In this document: one piece after another, positions 10,461-20,693 of the stretch
How the letters are laid out: each line of letters begins with the position of its first letter
Numbering within the stretch: position 1 is the stretch's first letter
Virus record (IMG/VR): IMGVR_UViG_3300044816_000098
Span: 1-64,000 of that record
Strand: one strand, 5' to 3'
Source: a virus
DNA: 64,000 nt
Made by a program: the position numbers and the translations under genes
Notes under the pieces: generated by a model
Seen by the model: the letters and a program-made list of their open reading frames with translations, nothing else
Told to the model about the DNA's origin: nothing
Databases searched by the model: none

Positions 10461-11291
10461 GTGGGCGCTCGTCCGGATCTTGATCTGTCGGTTCTTCTGG
10501 AGGGCTTCAACCGCACGTGGTTGTTCCCGGACCAAGAGGGCATCGACGACGCTCCCGAGACCAACGGCATCAAGTTCCCGGAGCCGGTGCGGCTCGGGTG
10601 GGGGCCGGACCAGTGGTCTGCCTCCACCGAGCTGGCCGTGCCCATCGTCTTCATCTGGGACGTCAACGGCTACTACGCCTCGCTGGGGGTCGGCCACCAG
10701 GCCACCCGTAAGGAGCTGCGGCAGGCGTATCAGGCCCTGGACGGCCAGGAGTCGGCCTACCTCACGTACGTCTTCAAGCAGCTCCTGGACCCGGAGGTAC
10801 GGGCCGAGTACGACCGGTCTCCTCTGGGGGCGCCGTTCTTGGACGACTACCAGGGGGACGACCTCAAGCGCCGTGCCGCCAAGGAGGCCGGGCTCCGGTC
10901 GGAGAAGGGCAAGCCCACCTCCCCCAAGGACGTTCTCTACGAGTGGGGATACACCTCGGGAGATCAGCCGGAGGGGGTTGACAGCGTCAGCTCCGACCTG
11001 GAGGATCATTCCAGCAAGGCCGAGCCGCTCAGGTACTCCTACTACGGCTGGAAGACCTCCACGTTCCTTCCGGACACGGAGCAACTCCAGGAGTGGCAGA
11101 GACTGCTGACGGCGGCAGCGGCCAAGCTTAGGGTGGCTCCGAAGATCTCCTTCGGGGTGACAGGATCATCAGACCGGCCGTACATTCTCCACACCGTGCA
11201 CGGCCAGACGGTCATCTTCTTTCCCGAGGGGGAGGAGCCGACTGAAGAGGTGGCCTTCGAGGCCATCGACCAGCTCTGCAAATCTCTCTGA
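10461..11291 (+). CDS. DnaJ-domain-like protein
   Basis: YYASLGV...ATRKELRQAY...LLDPEVRAEYD J-domain pattern, without HPD. Confidence 0.7.
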   Translation: MGARPDLDLSVLLEGFNRTWLFPDQEGIDDAPETNGIKFPEPVRLGWGPDQWSASTELAVPIVFIWDVNGYYASLGVGHQATRKELRQAYQALDGQESAYLTYVFKQLLDPEVRAEYDRSPLGAPFLDDYQGDDLKRRAAKEAGLRSEKGKPTSPKDVLYEWGYTSGDQPEGVDSVSSDLEDHSSKAEPLRYSYYGWKTSTFLPDTEQLQEWQRLLTAAAAKLRVAPKISFGVTGSSDRPYILHTVHGQTVIFFPEGEEPTEEVAFEAIDQLCKSL

Positions 11292-11328
11292 ATTCTTCTC
11301 CGTTCTGCCCACAGAAAAGGTCTTCCAC

Positions 11329-12378
11329 ATGACCCAGACCGACGCATTGCCCATGACCGACGAAGAGATCGAAGCCCTTCTTCGTCGCGGCGACGAGGAC
11401 GACGAGCCCCGCTTCACCAACGGCTACCGGCGTGAGCCGCACCTGTTCCTGAAGGAGACTGGCGACTCCGCCATCGTCCGCCCCCTGATGGACTCGAAGG
11501 ACTGGTTCCGGGCCCGGACGCATAAGTTCGTCAACGTCACCAAGCCGAAGCCCGAGGGGTACGAGGGCAAGTGGCCGGAGATGATGACCGGCACGTGCCG
11601 CAAGGAGCCGCTCTTCAAGAAGCTCTACCCGGGCGGCTGCCCGCTCTGCGCCTCCCCCCTCCGCAACAAGTTCGACAAGACCATGGAGGAGTCTGCGCAG
11701 GAACTGCGCTACACCCTCGCGGTCGAGCGGGAAGAGGTCACCGGCGACGGCTCCCCCGAGATGGGCGGCCCGGAACTGGAGGGGAAGAAGGGGTGGCAGG
11801 ACAAGATGATCAAGGTCCCTGTCTTCGACGACAAGGGCGAACCGATCAAGGACCAGTTCGAACTGCACCCCTCGATCGTGATCATCAGCGGCACCATGTT
11901 CCAGATGTTCGCCGCGCTCAAGGCGCTCGGTGAGGCGTACGACGGCACGCTGAAGGACCGCGACTACCGGGTCAAGCGCGTCCCGAACCCCAACCCGAGC
12001 AGCAAGGGCGACATCTTCGTCTGGATCCCGCTGACGCCGATCGACGCGATCAAGCCGGGCACGGACCACTGGGACACCTACCTCGCCGCCATAAAGGCGT
12101 GGACCCCCACTGGTCTCAATCTGGCCCGCATCATCGTTGAGAAGTCCAGCGAGGAGTTCTACGACCGCTTCTTCACCACGGACGGCGTCTACGTCGTGCC
12201 GCAGCAGGCCCGGCCGAGGACTGGCGGTTTCTCTGTCGCCTCCACCCCGTCCGTCTCCACCCCCAGCGAGGCCCCTGACGCGGACAAGCTCGCGGCCATG
12301 CGGGCCCGTGTCCTGTCGCAGCAGCCCGCCGCCGCCGCGCAGGCGCCCGCTGACCAGGCGCCTGCCACCGAGGGCTGA
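11329..12378 (+). CDS. single-stranded DNA-binding protein (gp32-like, putative)
   Basis: Position before the polymerase, TC...CPLC motif, low-complexity C-terminal tail. Confidence 0.55.
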   Translation: MTQTDALPMTDEEIEALLRRGDEDDEPRFTNGYRREPHLFLKETGDSAIVRPLMDSKDWFRARTHKFVNVTKPKPEGYEGKWPEMMTGTCRKEPLFKKLYPGGCPLCASPLRNKFDKTMEESAQELRYTLAVEREEVTGDGSPEMGGPELEGKKGWQDKMIKVPVFDDKGEPIKDQFELHPSIVIISGTMFQMFAALKALGEAYDGTLKDRDYRVKRVPNPNPSSKGDIFVWIPLTPIDAIKPGTDHWDTYLAAIKAWTPTGLNLARIIVEKSSEEFYDRFFTTDGVYVVPQQARPRTGGFSVASTPSVSTPSEAPDADKLAAMRARVLSQQPAAAAQAPADQAPATEG

Positions 12379-12392
12379 CCCTCCCCACAGGC

Positions 12393-12439
12393 CAACGGCC
12401 GCCCACCCCTACTTCGCCGTAAGGGGTGGGCGGCCGTTG
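12393..12439 (+). terminator. strong hairpin, putative terminator
   Basis: CAACGGCCGCCCACCCCT / AGGGGTGGGCGGCCGTTG 18-bp inverted repeat. Confidence 0.6.
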
Positions 12440-12461
12440 CTGACCAGGGAGGAGGACTCCT

Positions 12462-15400
12462 ATGCAGATCATCGAGACGTATCCGCACGACCGTCTGGCC
12501 ATTGAGATCATGGGCCGGACCTACCCCGGTGTGTGCCTTGTCGAGGACGACGACGGTATCCGCTGGCTCCTTGTCGCCTGGGGCGCGGTCCACGGACCGA
12601 CCTGGGCCCGCGCCGCAGGATCCGGGGCAGCAGGCATCCTGCACACCGCAGGCGACCTGCCGATTCGTGCGATCACCGCAGAGCGCTTCGCCGACCAGCG
12701 CACGGAGCAACAGCCCTACTACGTCGTACCGGACGGGGCCTGGTCCCAGTTCGACCACATGCCCTCCTACGCCGAGGTCTACAGCAGCCGTCCTGGCTCT
12801 CTGCTGGTGGCCAGGGGACCGGTCAACTCCGGCTTCGTCCACCTGCACACCCACAGCGACTACTCGCCACTGGACGGGCTGAGCACCCTCCCGGAGATCG
12901 TCACCCAGGCCGCGCTGCACGGGCAGGAGTCCCTGGCGCTGACCGATCACGGCCGCTGTGCTGGACATCCGCTCCTCCAGAAGGAGTGCCAGGCAGCCGG
13001 GATCCGGCCGGGCTTCGGGATCGAGGCGTACTTCGTCAACGACCGGCTGATCCGGCCGGACGGCATGACGGTCCCCGAGGGCGCCGTGGACACCAAGGGC
13101 AAGCCCTTGACGGCGGCCAAGAAGCTCCAGCACGACTACTGGCACCTGATCCTGTGGGCCATGAACGAAGAGGGGCTGCACAACCTCTGGGCCATGTCGA
13201 CGGAGTCCTTCCGCGACGGGCTCTACTACAAGCCCCGGATGGACTGGGACACCCTGCGCAGGCACTCCAGCGGGGTCATGGCGGCCTCCGGCTGTCTGCG
13301 GGGCCCGTTGAGCGTGCCGATCCTCAACGACGACGAGGACGGCGCCCGCAGGAACCTGACCAAGCTCCTGGACATCTTCGGCGACCGGTTCTACCTGGAG
13401 ATCCAGCCCAACGCGCTGGCGGAGCAGGAGAAGGTGAACCGCGCCCTGGTGCGGCTGGCCAAGGACTACAGCGTCCCCCTGCTGGCCACGGTCGACTCGC
13501 ACTACCCGGTGAAGAAGGACCACGACGCCCACGAGGCGTGGATCGCGATCCAGACCAACAAGGACGTCAGCGATGAGGGCGACCTGTTCGCGATCAACCT
13601 GGACCTGTACATGCAATCCGAGGAGGAGGTCCGCAAGGGCCTCGCGTACCTCGGGGACAGCGTGGTGGATGAGGCCGTCGCCAACACGGTCGTAGTGGCC
13701 TCTCACTTCAACGCGATCATCGGCGGCAAACCGACGGCGCCGGTGTACTCGAAGAAGGGTGGCCCGCAGCGGGACGAAGAGCGCCTGCTGGAGCTGTGCA
13801 TCGAGAACTGGAACAAGGTCTCCGGCAAGAGGGACGACCAGGACACCTACGTCGCCCGCTTCGAGCGGGAGTTCTCCCTGCTTCGCCAGAAGGGCTTCTG
13901 CGGCTACTTCCTGATGGTCTCGGACTACTGCCGCTTCGCGAAGGACAACGGGATCCTGGTGGGCCCTGGGCGCGGTTCCGGGGCAGGTTCCCTGGTGGCC
14001 TACCTCAGCGACATCACCGAGGTCGACCCGATCGAGGCGAACCTCCCCTTCGAGCGGTTCATGACCGAGGGGCGCGTCTCGCTGCCGGACTTCGATGTGG
14101 ACTTCCCGGCCTCCAAGAAGGAGGTGATGCTCCAGTACCTGCGGGACAAGTACGGGGAGCAGTACGTCATCTCCATCGGCACCCACCTGCGGCTCAAGTC
14201 CAAGGGCATCGTCAAGGACCTTGGCCGGGCGCTGAAGTCCAAGCTCCTGGAAGACGTCCCGATGGAGGATCAGAACGACCGGTACGCGACGATCCTCAAG
14301 GACCTCAACGTGGTCTCGAAGATCGTCGAGGACGCGGAGCGGGGCACGGCCGGGCTCGGGATGTCCTGGGAGGACCTGTGGATCCAGCACGGTGACGAAC
14401 TGGATCCCTACCGGGCGAAGTACCCGTATCTGTTCTCCATGGCCGACCGGCTCGTGGGTCGGATGAAGGCGTACGGCAAGCACGCGGCCGGGGTCGTCAT
14501 CTCCACTGACCGGGCCCTGACGGACTGGCTCCCGCTCTCCGGCGGTGAGGGAGAGCAGATGGTCTCCCAGTTCGACATGGGTGCGCTGGAGGACATGGGG
14601 CTGGTGAAGTTCGACATCCTCACCATCCGGACCCTGGACACCGTGCAGCAGGCGGTGGACCTGATCCGGGAGCGCAACGGCTCCGACGTCGAGATTTATA
14701 AATGGCGGGACGAGTACGAGGACCCGCTCGTGTGGGAGAGGATCGCGGCGGGGGAGACCCTGGGGATCTTCCAGATCGAGACCCAGGCCGGTACCCGGCT
14801 GTGCCATCGGATGCAGCCGCACTCGATGCAGGAACTCTCGGACATGAACACCATCGTCCGGCCGGGCCCCATGCGTTCGGGCCTGACCGAGACCTACCTC
14901 AAGCGCCGGGCCGGGCTGGAGTCGATCTCCTTCCAGGACCCGCGCCTGGAGGCCATCACCGGCGACGCCCAGGGCTGCATCATCTACCAGGACCACGTCC
15001 TGGAGCTGCTGATGAAGCTCGCGGGCTACACCTCGGACGAGGCCGACGAGGTCAGGAAGATCCTCGGCAAGAAGAAGGTCGAAAAGATCGGCCCGGCCGG
15101 GCAGGAGTTCGTGGCCCGTGCTGTCGAGTGGGGCGGGATGGACCGCGAGGTCGCCTCCCACCTGTGGGACCAACTTGCGGAGTTCGCGAAGTACGGGTTC
15201 AACAAGGCCCACGCGTACAGCTACTCCATGATCAGCTACTGGACCGCGTGGCTGAAGTTCCACTACCCGGTGGAGTTCTTCACGGCCTGTCTGAGCACCA
15301 TCGACCAGAACCGCATTCCGGAGTTCATCAAGGAGGCCCGGCGGACCGGGCTCACTGTGCTGCCCCCGGACGTCAACGCCTCCGGCAAGGGCTTCAAGGC

Positions 15401-16298
15401 CGAACCGCTGGCGGTTCGCTACGGGCTGGACGCGATCAGCGGGATCGGTGAGGTGGCGGTCGAGGATCTGGAGGCCGGGCAGTTCTACACCTCCTGGACC
15501 CAGTTCAACGAGTACGCCACCCGGCCTGGCAGCAAGATCAACGCCGGGATCGTGATGCTCCTCGCCAAGGTGGGAGCGTTGGACTCCCTGGAACCCAACA
15601 GGGCGGGCCTGGTGGCCCGTCTGGAGGCCAAGAAGTCCGGGGAGGACACCCGGTGCGTCTTCAAGGACGACAGGGCCCTCCACAGCCCCGTGGTGATTCG
15701 CCATCCGGACGAGTCCGCAGAGGACCACCAGGTCCGGTACGACGCGGAGCGCAAGAAGCTCCCTCCGGACACCTGCACCTTCGACTGGAGCACCGAGGAA
15801 CCCCCGGTCAACCCGAGGACCTTGAAGCTCCTCCCCCTGAAGGCCCTGCCGAAGCGCTGCACCAAGGCGTGCCGCCAGTACAAGGCGCCGGACCTGATGG
15901 ACATCGCCGAGGTCGCCCCGTACACGGATGAAGAGGTCCGTGCGATCGAGCACGAGCTTCTGGGAGTGTTCCTCTCCTCCACGCCGTTCGACCGGCTGGA
16001 CGTGGTGGACCGCTCCTCGCTCTACCACGATGCCGAGGACCTGGTCACGGGGCCGCCGAAGCTGTACACGATGGCCGCCATCCTGATGGGGATCCGCAAG
16101 ACCAAGACCCGCGCCACCGGGGACGAGATGGCCTTCGTGTCGCTGGACACCGAGCTGAACACGGTGGAGGCCGTGGTCTTCCCCAAGCAGTGGGCCGCGA
16201 TCCAGACCGGGATGAAGGCCGGACAGCTCTGCCTGGTCGTGGTGGAGAAGCAGGCGGATGACAAGGGACTCGTCCTGCGCGAGTACGTGACTGTGTAG
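12462..16298 (+). CDS. dnaE: DNA polymerase III alpha subunit
   Basis: PHP domain FVHLHTHSDYS, TDHG, DSHY; GPGRGSGAGSLVAY; PDFDVDF; KHAAGVVI; KFDIL; YGFNKAHA; C-terminal OB fold. Confidence 0.97.
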   Translation: MQIIETYPHDRLAIEIMGRTYPGVCLVEDDDGIRWLLVAWGAVHGPTWARAAGSGAAGILHTAGDLPIRAITAERFADQRTEQQPYYVVPDGAWSQFDHMPSYAEVYSSRPGSLLVARGPVNSGFVHLHTHSDYSPLDGLSTLPEIVTQAALHGQESLALTDHGRCAGHPLLQKECQAAGIRPGFGIEAYFVNDRLIRPDGMTVPEGAVDTKGKPLTAAKKLQHDYWHLILWAMNEEGLHNLWAMSTESFRDGLYYKPRMDWDTLRRHSSGVMAASGCLRGPLSVPILNDDEDGARRNLTKLLDIFGDRFYLEIQPNALAEQEKVNRALVRLAKDYSVPLLATVDSHYPVKKDHDAHEAWIAIQTNKDVSDEGDLFAINLDLYMQSEEEVRKGLAYLGDSVVDEAVANTVVVASHFNAIIGGKPTAPVYSKKGGPQRDEERLLELCIENWNKVSGKRDDQDTYVARFEREFSLLRQKGFCGYFLMVSDYCRFAKDNGILVGPGRGSGAGSLVAYLSDITEVDPIEANLPFERFMTEGRVSLPDFDVDFPASKKEVMLQYLRDKYGEQYVISIGTHLRLKSKGIVKDLGRALKSKLLEDVPMEDQNDRYATILKDLNVVSKIVEDAERGTAGLGMSWEDLWIQHGDELDPYRAKYPYLFSMADRLVGRMKAYGKHAAGVVISTDRALTDWLPLSGGEGEQMVSQFDMGALEDMGLVKFDILTIRTLDTVQQAVDLIRERNGSDVEIYKWRDEYEDPLVWERIAAGETLGIFQIETQAGTRLCHRMQPHSMQELSDMNTIVRPGPMRSGLTETYLKRRAGLESISFQDPRLEAITGDAQGCIIYQDHVLELLMKLAGYTSDEADEVRKILGKKKVEKIGPAGQEFVARAVEWGGMDREVASHLWDQLAEFAKYGFNKAHAYSYSMISYWTAWLKFHYPVEFFTACLSTIDQNRIPEFIKEARRTGLTVLPPDVNASGKGFKAEPLAVRYGLDAISGIGEVAVEDLEAGQFYTSWTQFNEYATRPGSKINAGIVMLLAKVGALDSLEPNRAGLVARLEAKKSGEDTRCVFKDDRALHSPVVIRHPDESAEDHQVRYDAERKKLPPDTCTFDWSTEEPPVNPRTLKLLPLKALPKRCTKACRQYKAPDLMDIAEVAPYTDEEVRAIEHELLGVFLSSTPFDRLDVVDRSSLYHDAEDLVTGPPKLYTMAAILMGIRKTKTRATGDEMAFVSLDTELNTVEAVVFPKQWAAIQTGMKAGQLCLVVVEKQADDKGLVLREYVTV

Positions 16299-16322
16299 TT
16301 GGCACGCGAGCTAGGAGAAGCA

Positions 16323-17420
16323 ATGCCCCCGAAGGTGAAGAAGACCTACACCCCTCCGAAGTCGCTGGACGCCTTCCGGACTGCCCAGGAGAAGAAGTAC
16401 GGGGACCGGGTGGTCCGTCACGAGGACGCCCGCGAGATGACGTACATCCCGACCGGCTCGATCGGTCTGGACATGGCCCTGGGAGGCGGCTGGGCCCGGG
16501 GCAGGATCCACGAGGTCATCGGACAGCCCGGTGTGGCCAAGACGTCCCTGTGCATGGTCGGTATGGGGGAGGCCCAGCGGCAGCACAAGACTCTGGCCGT
16601 GGGGTACATCGACATGGAGCGCACCTGGAAGTGGGACTGGGCCGAGAAGCTGGGGGTGGACACCAGCAAGAAGCGGCTCATCTACCAGAAGCCCGACTCC
16701 TCCGAGGACGTCTCCGACATGCTCCGGGACATGCTCCGCTCCGAGCTGTTCTCCCTGGTCGTGGTGGACTCGGTGGGCGGCATGGAGCGGGCCGACGTCA
16801 TCTTCGAGAAGGACGCCGAGCAGAGCGACATGGGCAAGAACTCCCAGGTCATCTCCCGGCTCTGCAAGCAGGTCGCCGTGATCGGGGACAACTCCAACAC
16901 CGCGACCATCCTGGTCAACCAGTTCCGCAAGGACTTCGGGTCCATGACGGGGATGGACAAGGCATCCGGCCCGATGATCCTGGGGTACTCCACAACGGAC
17001 TCGGTGGTCCTGCGCCGGACCTACGGTGTGGGCAACGTGGAGATGGCCAATCTGGACGGGGACGAGATCGAGGTCTCCCGGAAGATCGTGGCCCGGGTCC
17101 AGCGGTCGAAGATCTTCGTCCAGGGGCGCAAGGCGGAGTTCTTCTTCACCAACGCGGACACCGACTTCGGTCCGGTCGGAATCGACCAGGTCGGGGAGAT
17201 CTACATGATGGCGAAGAAGTGCGGGGTCCTTGTACCGAACACGGAGACATCAAGCTGGATGGTGTTCCCCGACGGCACCAAGGAGAACGGCGAGAAGGGG
17301 TGCAAGGCCCGTCTGCGCAAGGACCCCAAGCTCGCCGAGGAGATCCGCCGCATGTGCGTCAAGACGGTGGAGAAGGACCGCATCATCGAAACCGAAGTCA
17401 CATTCGAGCCCGCAGGGTAG
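16323..17420 (+). CDS. recA: RecA-like recombinase
   Basis: IPTGSIGLDMALGGG..GRIHE, YIDME, VVVDSV, LVNQFR; AGGAG RBS before ATG 16323. Confidence 0.9.
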   Translation: MPPKVKKTYTPPKSLDAFRTAQEKKYGDRVVRHEDAREMTYIPTGSIGLDMALGGGWARGRIHEVIGQPGVAKTSLCMVGMGEAQRQHKTLAVGYIDMERTWKWDWAEKLGVDTSKKRLIYQKPDSSEDVSDMLRDMLRSELFSLVVVDSVGGMERADVIFEKDAEQSDMGKNSQVISRLCKQVAVIGDNSNTATILVNQFRKDFGSMTGMDKASGPMILGYSTTDSVVLRRTYGVGNVEMANLDGDEIEVSRKIVARVQRSKIFVQGRKAEFFFTNADTDFGPVGIDQVGEIYMMAKKCGVLVPNTETSSWMVFPDGTKENGEKGCKARLRKDPKLAEEIRRMCVKTVEKDRIIETEVTFEPAG

Positions 17421-17437
17421 TCAGGCAGAGCAGGGAC

Positions 17438-17812
17438 ATGTACGAGGGGTTCACGGGATTCATGGAGTTCGCAATGATCTTTTTCAACTGGTGGACGTTG
17501 ATCATGGGGATCGTCATCGGCCTCGCCGGGGGAGTGCTGGGGGCCCTGCTGGGGCTGCCGGTGATCTACCAGGTCAACCGGCGCCGGGCCCTGCGCAAGC
17601 AGTGGCGGCTGGACCGCCCCCGGCAGATGAAGACGTACCTCGCTCCCCAGTGGGGCGAGTACAGCCAGGACACGGAGAACATCGACCGCCGGTGCGTGTG
17701 CCACAACCGTGTCCTGGGCGAAGGAGAGACGGTCCTGCTGTGGCCGGAGATGGGACCCTTCGGGATCCTCTACACCGCCGTCTACTGCGAGAACGTCCGG
17801 GACCGGGTATGA
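17438..17812 (+). CDS. membrane protein
   Basis: N-terminal hydrophobic segment, coupled to next gene. Confidence 0.55.
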   Translation: MYEGFTGFMEFAMIFFNWWTLIMGIVIGLAGGVLGALLGLPVIYQVNRRRALRKQWRLDRPRQMKTYLAPQWGEYSQDTENIDRRCVCHNRVLGEGETVLLWPEMGPFGILYTAVYCENVRDRV

Positions 17813-18237
17813 GGACGAAGAACCAGCAGATGGGCGACGCCCACGAGGCGGACATCGCCACGTGGATCGAGGGCGCCCAGACCAAGGCGTCCGGCTCCCA
17901 GTGGCACAACCAGATGGACGCCAAGAACGGGCTGAAGATGCCGTTCCCGATCGCTGCCGACGGCAAGTCCACGCTGGGTAAGTCCATCGGGATCACCCGG
18001 GAGCTGTGGGCGAAGTTCCGGGAGCAGACCTTCGGCGAGATCCCGGTCATGTTCCAGCGCTGGTACCGGAGTGTGGACCTGCGGACGGTGGACCTGGACC
18101 TGATCACCATGGAGGTCGGGGACTTCCTGCCCATCCTGGTGGCCGCCCGCAAGTGGGAGGAGCACCAGCGGGCCGCCGAGGTCAGCCTGACGCGGCTGGA
18201 GAAGTACCTCGGCTCGAATCCTGGTGCTCATCAGTGA
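17809..18237 (+). CDS. PD-(D/E)XK Holliday-junction-resolvase-like endonuclease
   Basis: G..HE...A, SGS, D, ADGKST pattern. Confidence 0.6.
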   Translation: MRTKNQQMGDAHEADIATWIEGAQTKASGSQWHNQMDAKNGLKMPFPIAADGKSTLGKSIGITRELWAKFREQTFGEIPVMFQRWYRSVDLRTVDLDLITMEVGDFLPILVAARKWEEHQRAAEVSLTRLEKYLGSNPGAHQ

Positions 18238-19064
18238 CCATCGACTACGAGGCTCTGCTTCGTCGGGAAGGGGCCGCCGCGTCGACAGGTGCCGTGGTGG
18301 CCCCGCTCCTGCGGCTGCACCTGACCGAGGGCCGCTTCCCGGCGAACCAGCACATCCTGCTGCCGGGAGGGGATCCCCAGCGCAAGCCGGACGGCTGGTT
18401 CCACCCCTCCAGCCATCCCACGATGAGCGCCAGGAAGCTCTACTACTACATGACCGAGCCGGAGCGCTGGAACCCGGATCCGTTCTCCCCCGAGGCGCGG
18501 ATGTCGGTGACCGTCGGCACGGTGATGCACGGGATCGTCGAGATCATTCTGGAGGACATCGGGCTGTGGCAGATGCCCACGGGGACCTGCCCGGCCTGTT
18601 CGCGTCCCTACGGCCGGGGTGAGGGTGAGTGCCGGGAGCCCGGGGTGGCGGATCCGGTCCTCAAGCGCCGGGGCCACATGGACGGAGTGCTGCTGACCAA
18701 GCAGCTCGGGATGGTGGGGTTCGACCTCAAGACGATCAACCACTTCGCCATCGGCCGGATGCCGGACATGGATTTGGAGCACTTTCGGGAGAAGTACCCG
18801 TACTACTACGGCCAGATGCAGGAGTACATGGCGCTGTCCGGCCTGCGTCTGGTCATCGTCACGTTCATGGGTATGGGATTCCCCTGGGAGTACCGAGAGG
18901 TCCATGTCGAGTACGACGAGCAGTACGTGATGAATCTGATCGCGAAGTACCGTCTAGTCCGTAATGCCGTGGCCGAGGGTATTCCCCCGGTGGCCTGCTG
19001 CCAGCACGGGAGCAAAGCGGCGAAAGCCTGTCCTGCCATGACGTGTCCCATCAAGGCTCTGTAG
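18234..19064 (+). CDS. Cas4/RecB-like exonuclease
   Basis: HPSS, GTVMH, GHMDG, FDLKT, QMQEYM, C-terminal Cys cluster. Confidence 0.8.
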   Translation: MTIDYEALLRREGAAASTGAVVAPLLRLHLTEGRFPANQHILLPGGDPQRKPDGWFHPSSHPTMSARKLYYYMTEPERWNPDPFSPEARMSVTVGTVMHGIVEIILEDIGLWQMPTGTCPACSRPYGRGEGECREPGVADPVLKRRGHMDGVLLTKQLGMVGFDLKTINHFAIGRMPDMDLEHFREKYPYYYGQMQEYMALSGLRLVIVTFMGMGFPWEYREVHVEYDEQYVMNLIAKYRLVRNAVAEGIPPVACCQHGSKAAKACPAMTCPIKAL

Positions 19065-19072
19065 GAGAACCG

Positions 19073-19405
19073 ATGACCAATCAGATTGAGGGGGCCATCC
19101 AGAGATGGATGGACAACCCTGACGGTGGTGGAAGCTTCCTCCGGCAGAGGGATGCCATCGCCAAGCACGACCAGGAATGCGAGAGTCTGAAATGGGCGTG
19201 GCTCCCGCGAAAGACCGGTTCTGTCTGTCCCAGCGACCTTTCGTACTGTGACGCCGAATGCGGGATTACCTTCTTCAACGAAGGCGTGTTCGGTCAGGTC
19301 GGTGACTGTAAGGAGTGCTGGTTCTGCGAGTGCTGCGCGAAGAACATCACAGTCTGCCCTTGCGAAGAGGAATTGATGATGCGCGCGATCCTCGGAGGTT
19401 CCTGA
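19073..19405 (+). CDS. Cys-rich hypothetical protein
   Basis: AGGAG RBS; many Cys residues. Confidence 0.55.
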   Translation: MTNQIEGAIQRWMDNPDGGGSFLRQRDAIAKHDQECESLKWAWLPRKTGSVCPSDLSYCDAECGITFFNEGVFGQVGDCKECWFCECCAKNITVCPCEEELMMRAILGGS

Positions 19406-20016
19406 TGGAAGTGCCGGAGCAGATACTCCTTCGGATCAAGGCGTTCGCCGCCGAGGGGCAGAAGCAACTTCCGAAGAGGGGGTGGGTACCCCCGTCTCCG
19501 GAGAACTTCCGCCCGGCGCAGATCCTGTGCTTCGACCAGACCCTGAGCAACTGCGGGTGGGCCATCCTGGCCACTGACCAGCAGGAGATCTCGGTACCGG
19601 CCTGCGGGGTGCTCGTCGCACCGAAGTTCGCGGTGGGGGAGCGGGGCTTCGCGGCCACCTTCGCCAAGTCCATCTTCATCGCCGACGGGATGAAGCAGAT
19701 CCTGCGGGACAACCACGGCAGTTTCGAGGGCGTGGTGGCCGAGATGCCCGCCGTGTCGGGGTATCGCACGGAGTCCTCGCTCGTGGCCGCCGTGACCCTG
19801 GTGCAGACCCTGCACGACATGGGTGAGCCGTGGCCGGAGATGGTCTCCCGCAACCGCGCTGGGGCAGTGCTCTGCGGGGACAGGAACGCCCCCAAGGGCG
19901 TCTCTGGCGCCTTCGTCGACCAGATGGTCCAGGACCGCCACCCCAAGCCCTGGAACGAGCACGTACGCGATGCCGTCTTCGTCGGGCTCCAGAGTCTGTA
20001 CAAGGAGATCGCGTGA
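19405..20016 (+). CDS. RuvC-like resolvase
   Basis: ILCFDQTLSNCGWAIL, VVAEMP and NEHVRDA acidic motifs of the RNase H fold. Confidence 0.75.
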   Translation: MEVPEQILLRIKAFAAEGQKQLPKRGWVPPSPENFRPAQILCFDQTLSNCGWAILATDQQEISVPACGVLVAPKFAVGERGFAATFAKSIFIADGMKQILRDNHGSFEGVVAEMPAVSGYRTESSLVAAVTLVQTLHDMGEPWPEMVSRNRAGAVLCGDRNAPKGVSGAFVDQMVQDRHPKPWNEHVRDAVFVGLQSLYKEIA

Positions 20017-20693
20017 GCGTGGAGGAGTTCGACCGCAAGACCGAGGAGGTCATTCGGGAGATGTCCCAGGAGGCCGACAAGCTCCCGGAGGTCGAGCTTC
20101 ACGAGGACCGGACCCGGGAGATGTCCTCGCTGAGCTTGTCCCGGATGCGCTGGGAGTGGCCGACGGAGCTGGGCGAGTCGATGGACGCCCTGCACCAGAT
20201 GATCGACAACCAGATGCTGATGAAGTTCGCCGGGGCCTACCAGATCATGAACGACCTCTACATGGTCGTCCGGGAGCCGATGGTGGGGGCCGGGGGCGAG
20301 ATGCTCGAAGACGCCCACGGCTGGCCCATCTGGGAGACCAACGAGTCCGGGGCCTACATCGAGGACTTCACTCGTCTGGGTATCAAGGAGGTGCAGAACT
20401 TCCTCTTCCGGATTACCACCCAGCTCTTCGCCTGGGAGCAGACCTCGGCCCGTCTGTGGGGTGACGCGATGTTCGCCAAGGCCGTCTGGGAAGAGGCCCT
20501 GGGGCTGGGCTACGAGCAGGCCAAGAGCAACGGGAGCCGTACCGTGGAGGACCGGACCCAGGCATCTCGCCTGGTCTCCCGGGAGGAGCGGTTGTTCTCG
20601 CTCTTCAAGAGCACCCTGAGCCGCCAGGCCGAAGCGCTCGTCCGCAGCATGCAGTTGTTGGGCCAGAGGCTGAAAGATGTCCTGTCTGCCTAA
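20013..20693 (+). CDS. hypothetical helical protein
   Basis: AAGGAG RBS, GTGA overlap, GC3 bias. Confidence 0.7.
   Translation: MSVEEFDRKTEEVIREMSQEADKLPEVELHEDRTREMSSLSLSRMRWEWPTELGESMDALHQMIDNQMLMKFAGAYQIMNDLYMVVREPMVGAGGEMLEDAHGWPIWETNESGAYIEDFTRLGIKEVQNFLFRITTQLFAWEQTSARLWGDAMFAKAVWEEALGLGYEQAKSNGSRTVEDRTQASRLVSREERLFSLFKSTLSRQAEALVRSMQLLGQRLKDVLSA

Noticed and set aside
12189-16028. Long minus-strand ORFs (1279 aa here; also 7321-8742, 22396-24075, 25752-27707) and alternative-frame + ORFs such as 4-1428
   Set aside because: Shadow ORFs typical of high-GC coding DNA, lying opposite or over genes with clear motifs.
18234-19064. Cas4-like nuclease as part of the RAMP/array system
   Set aside because: It lies 37 kb away in the recombination operon with RecA and resolvases; stand-alone Cas4-like exonucleases are common in phages.
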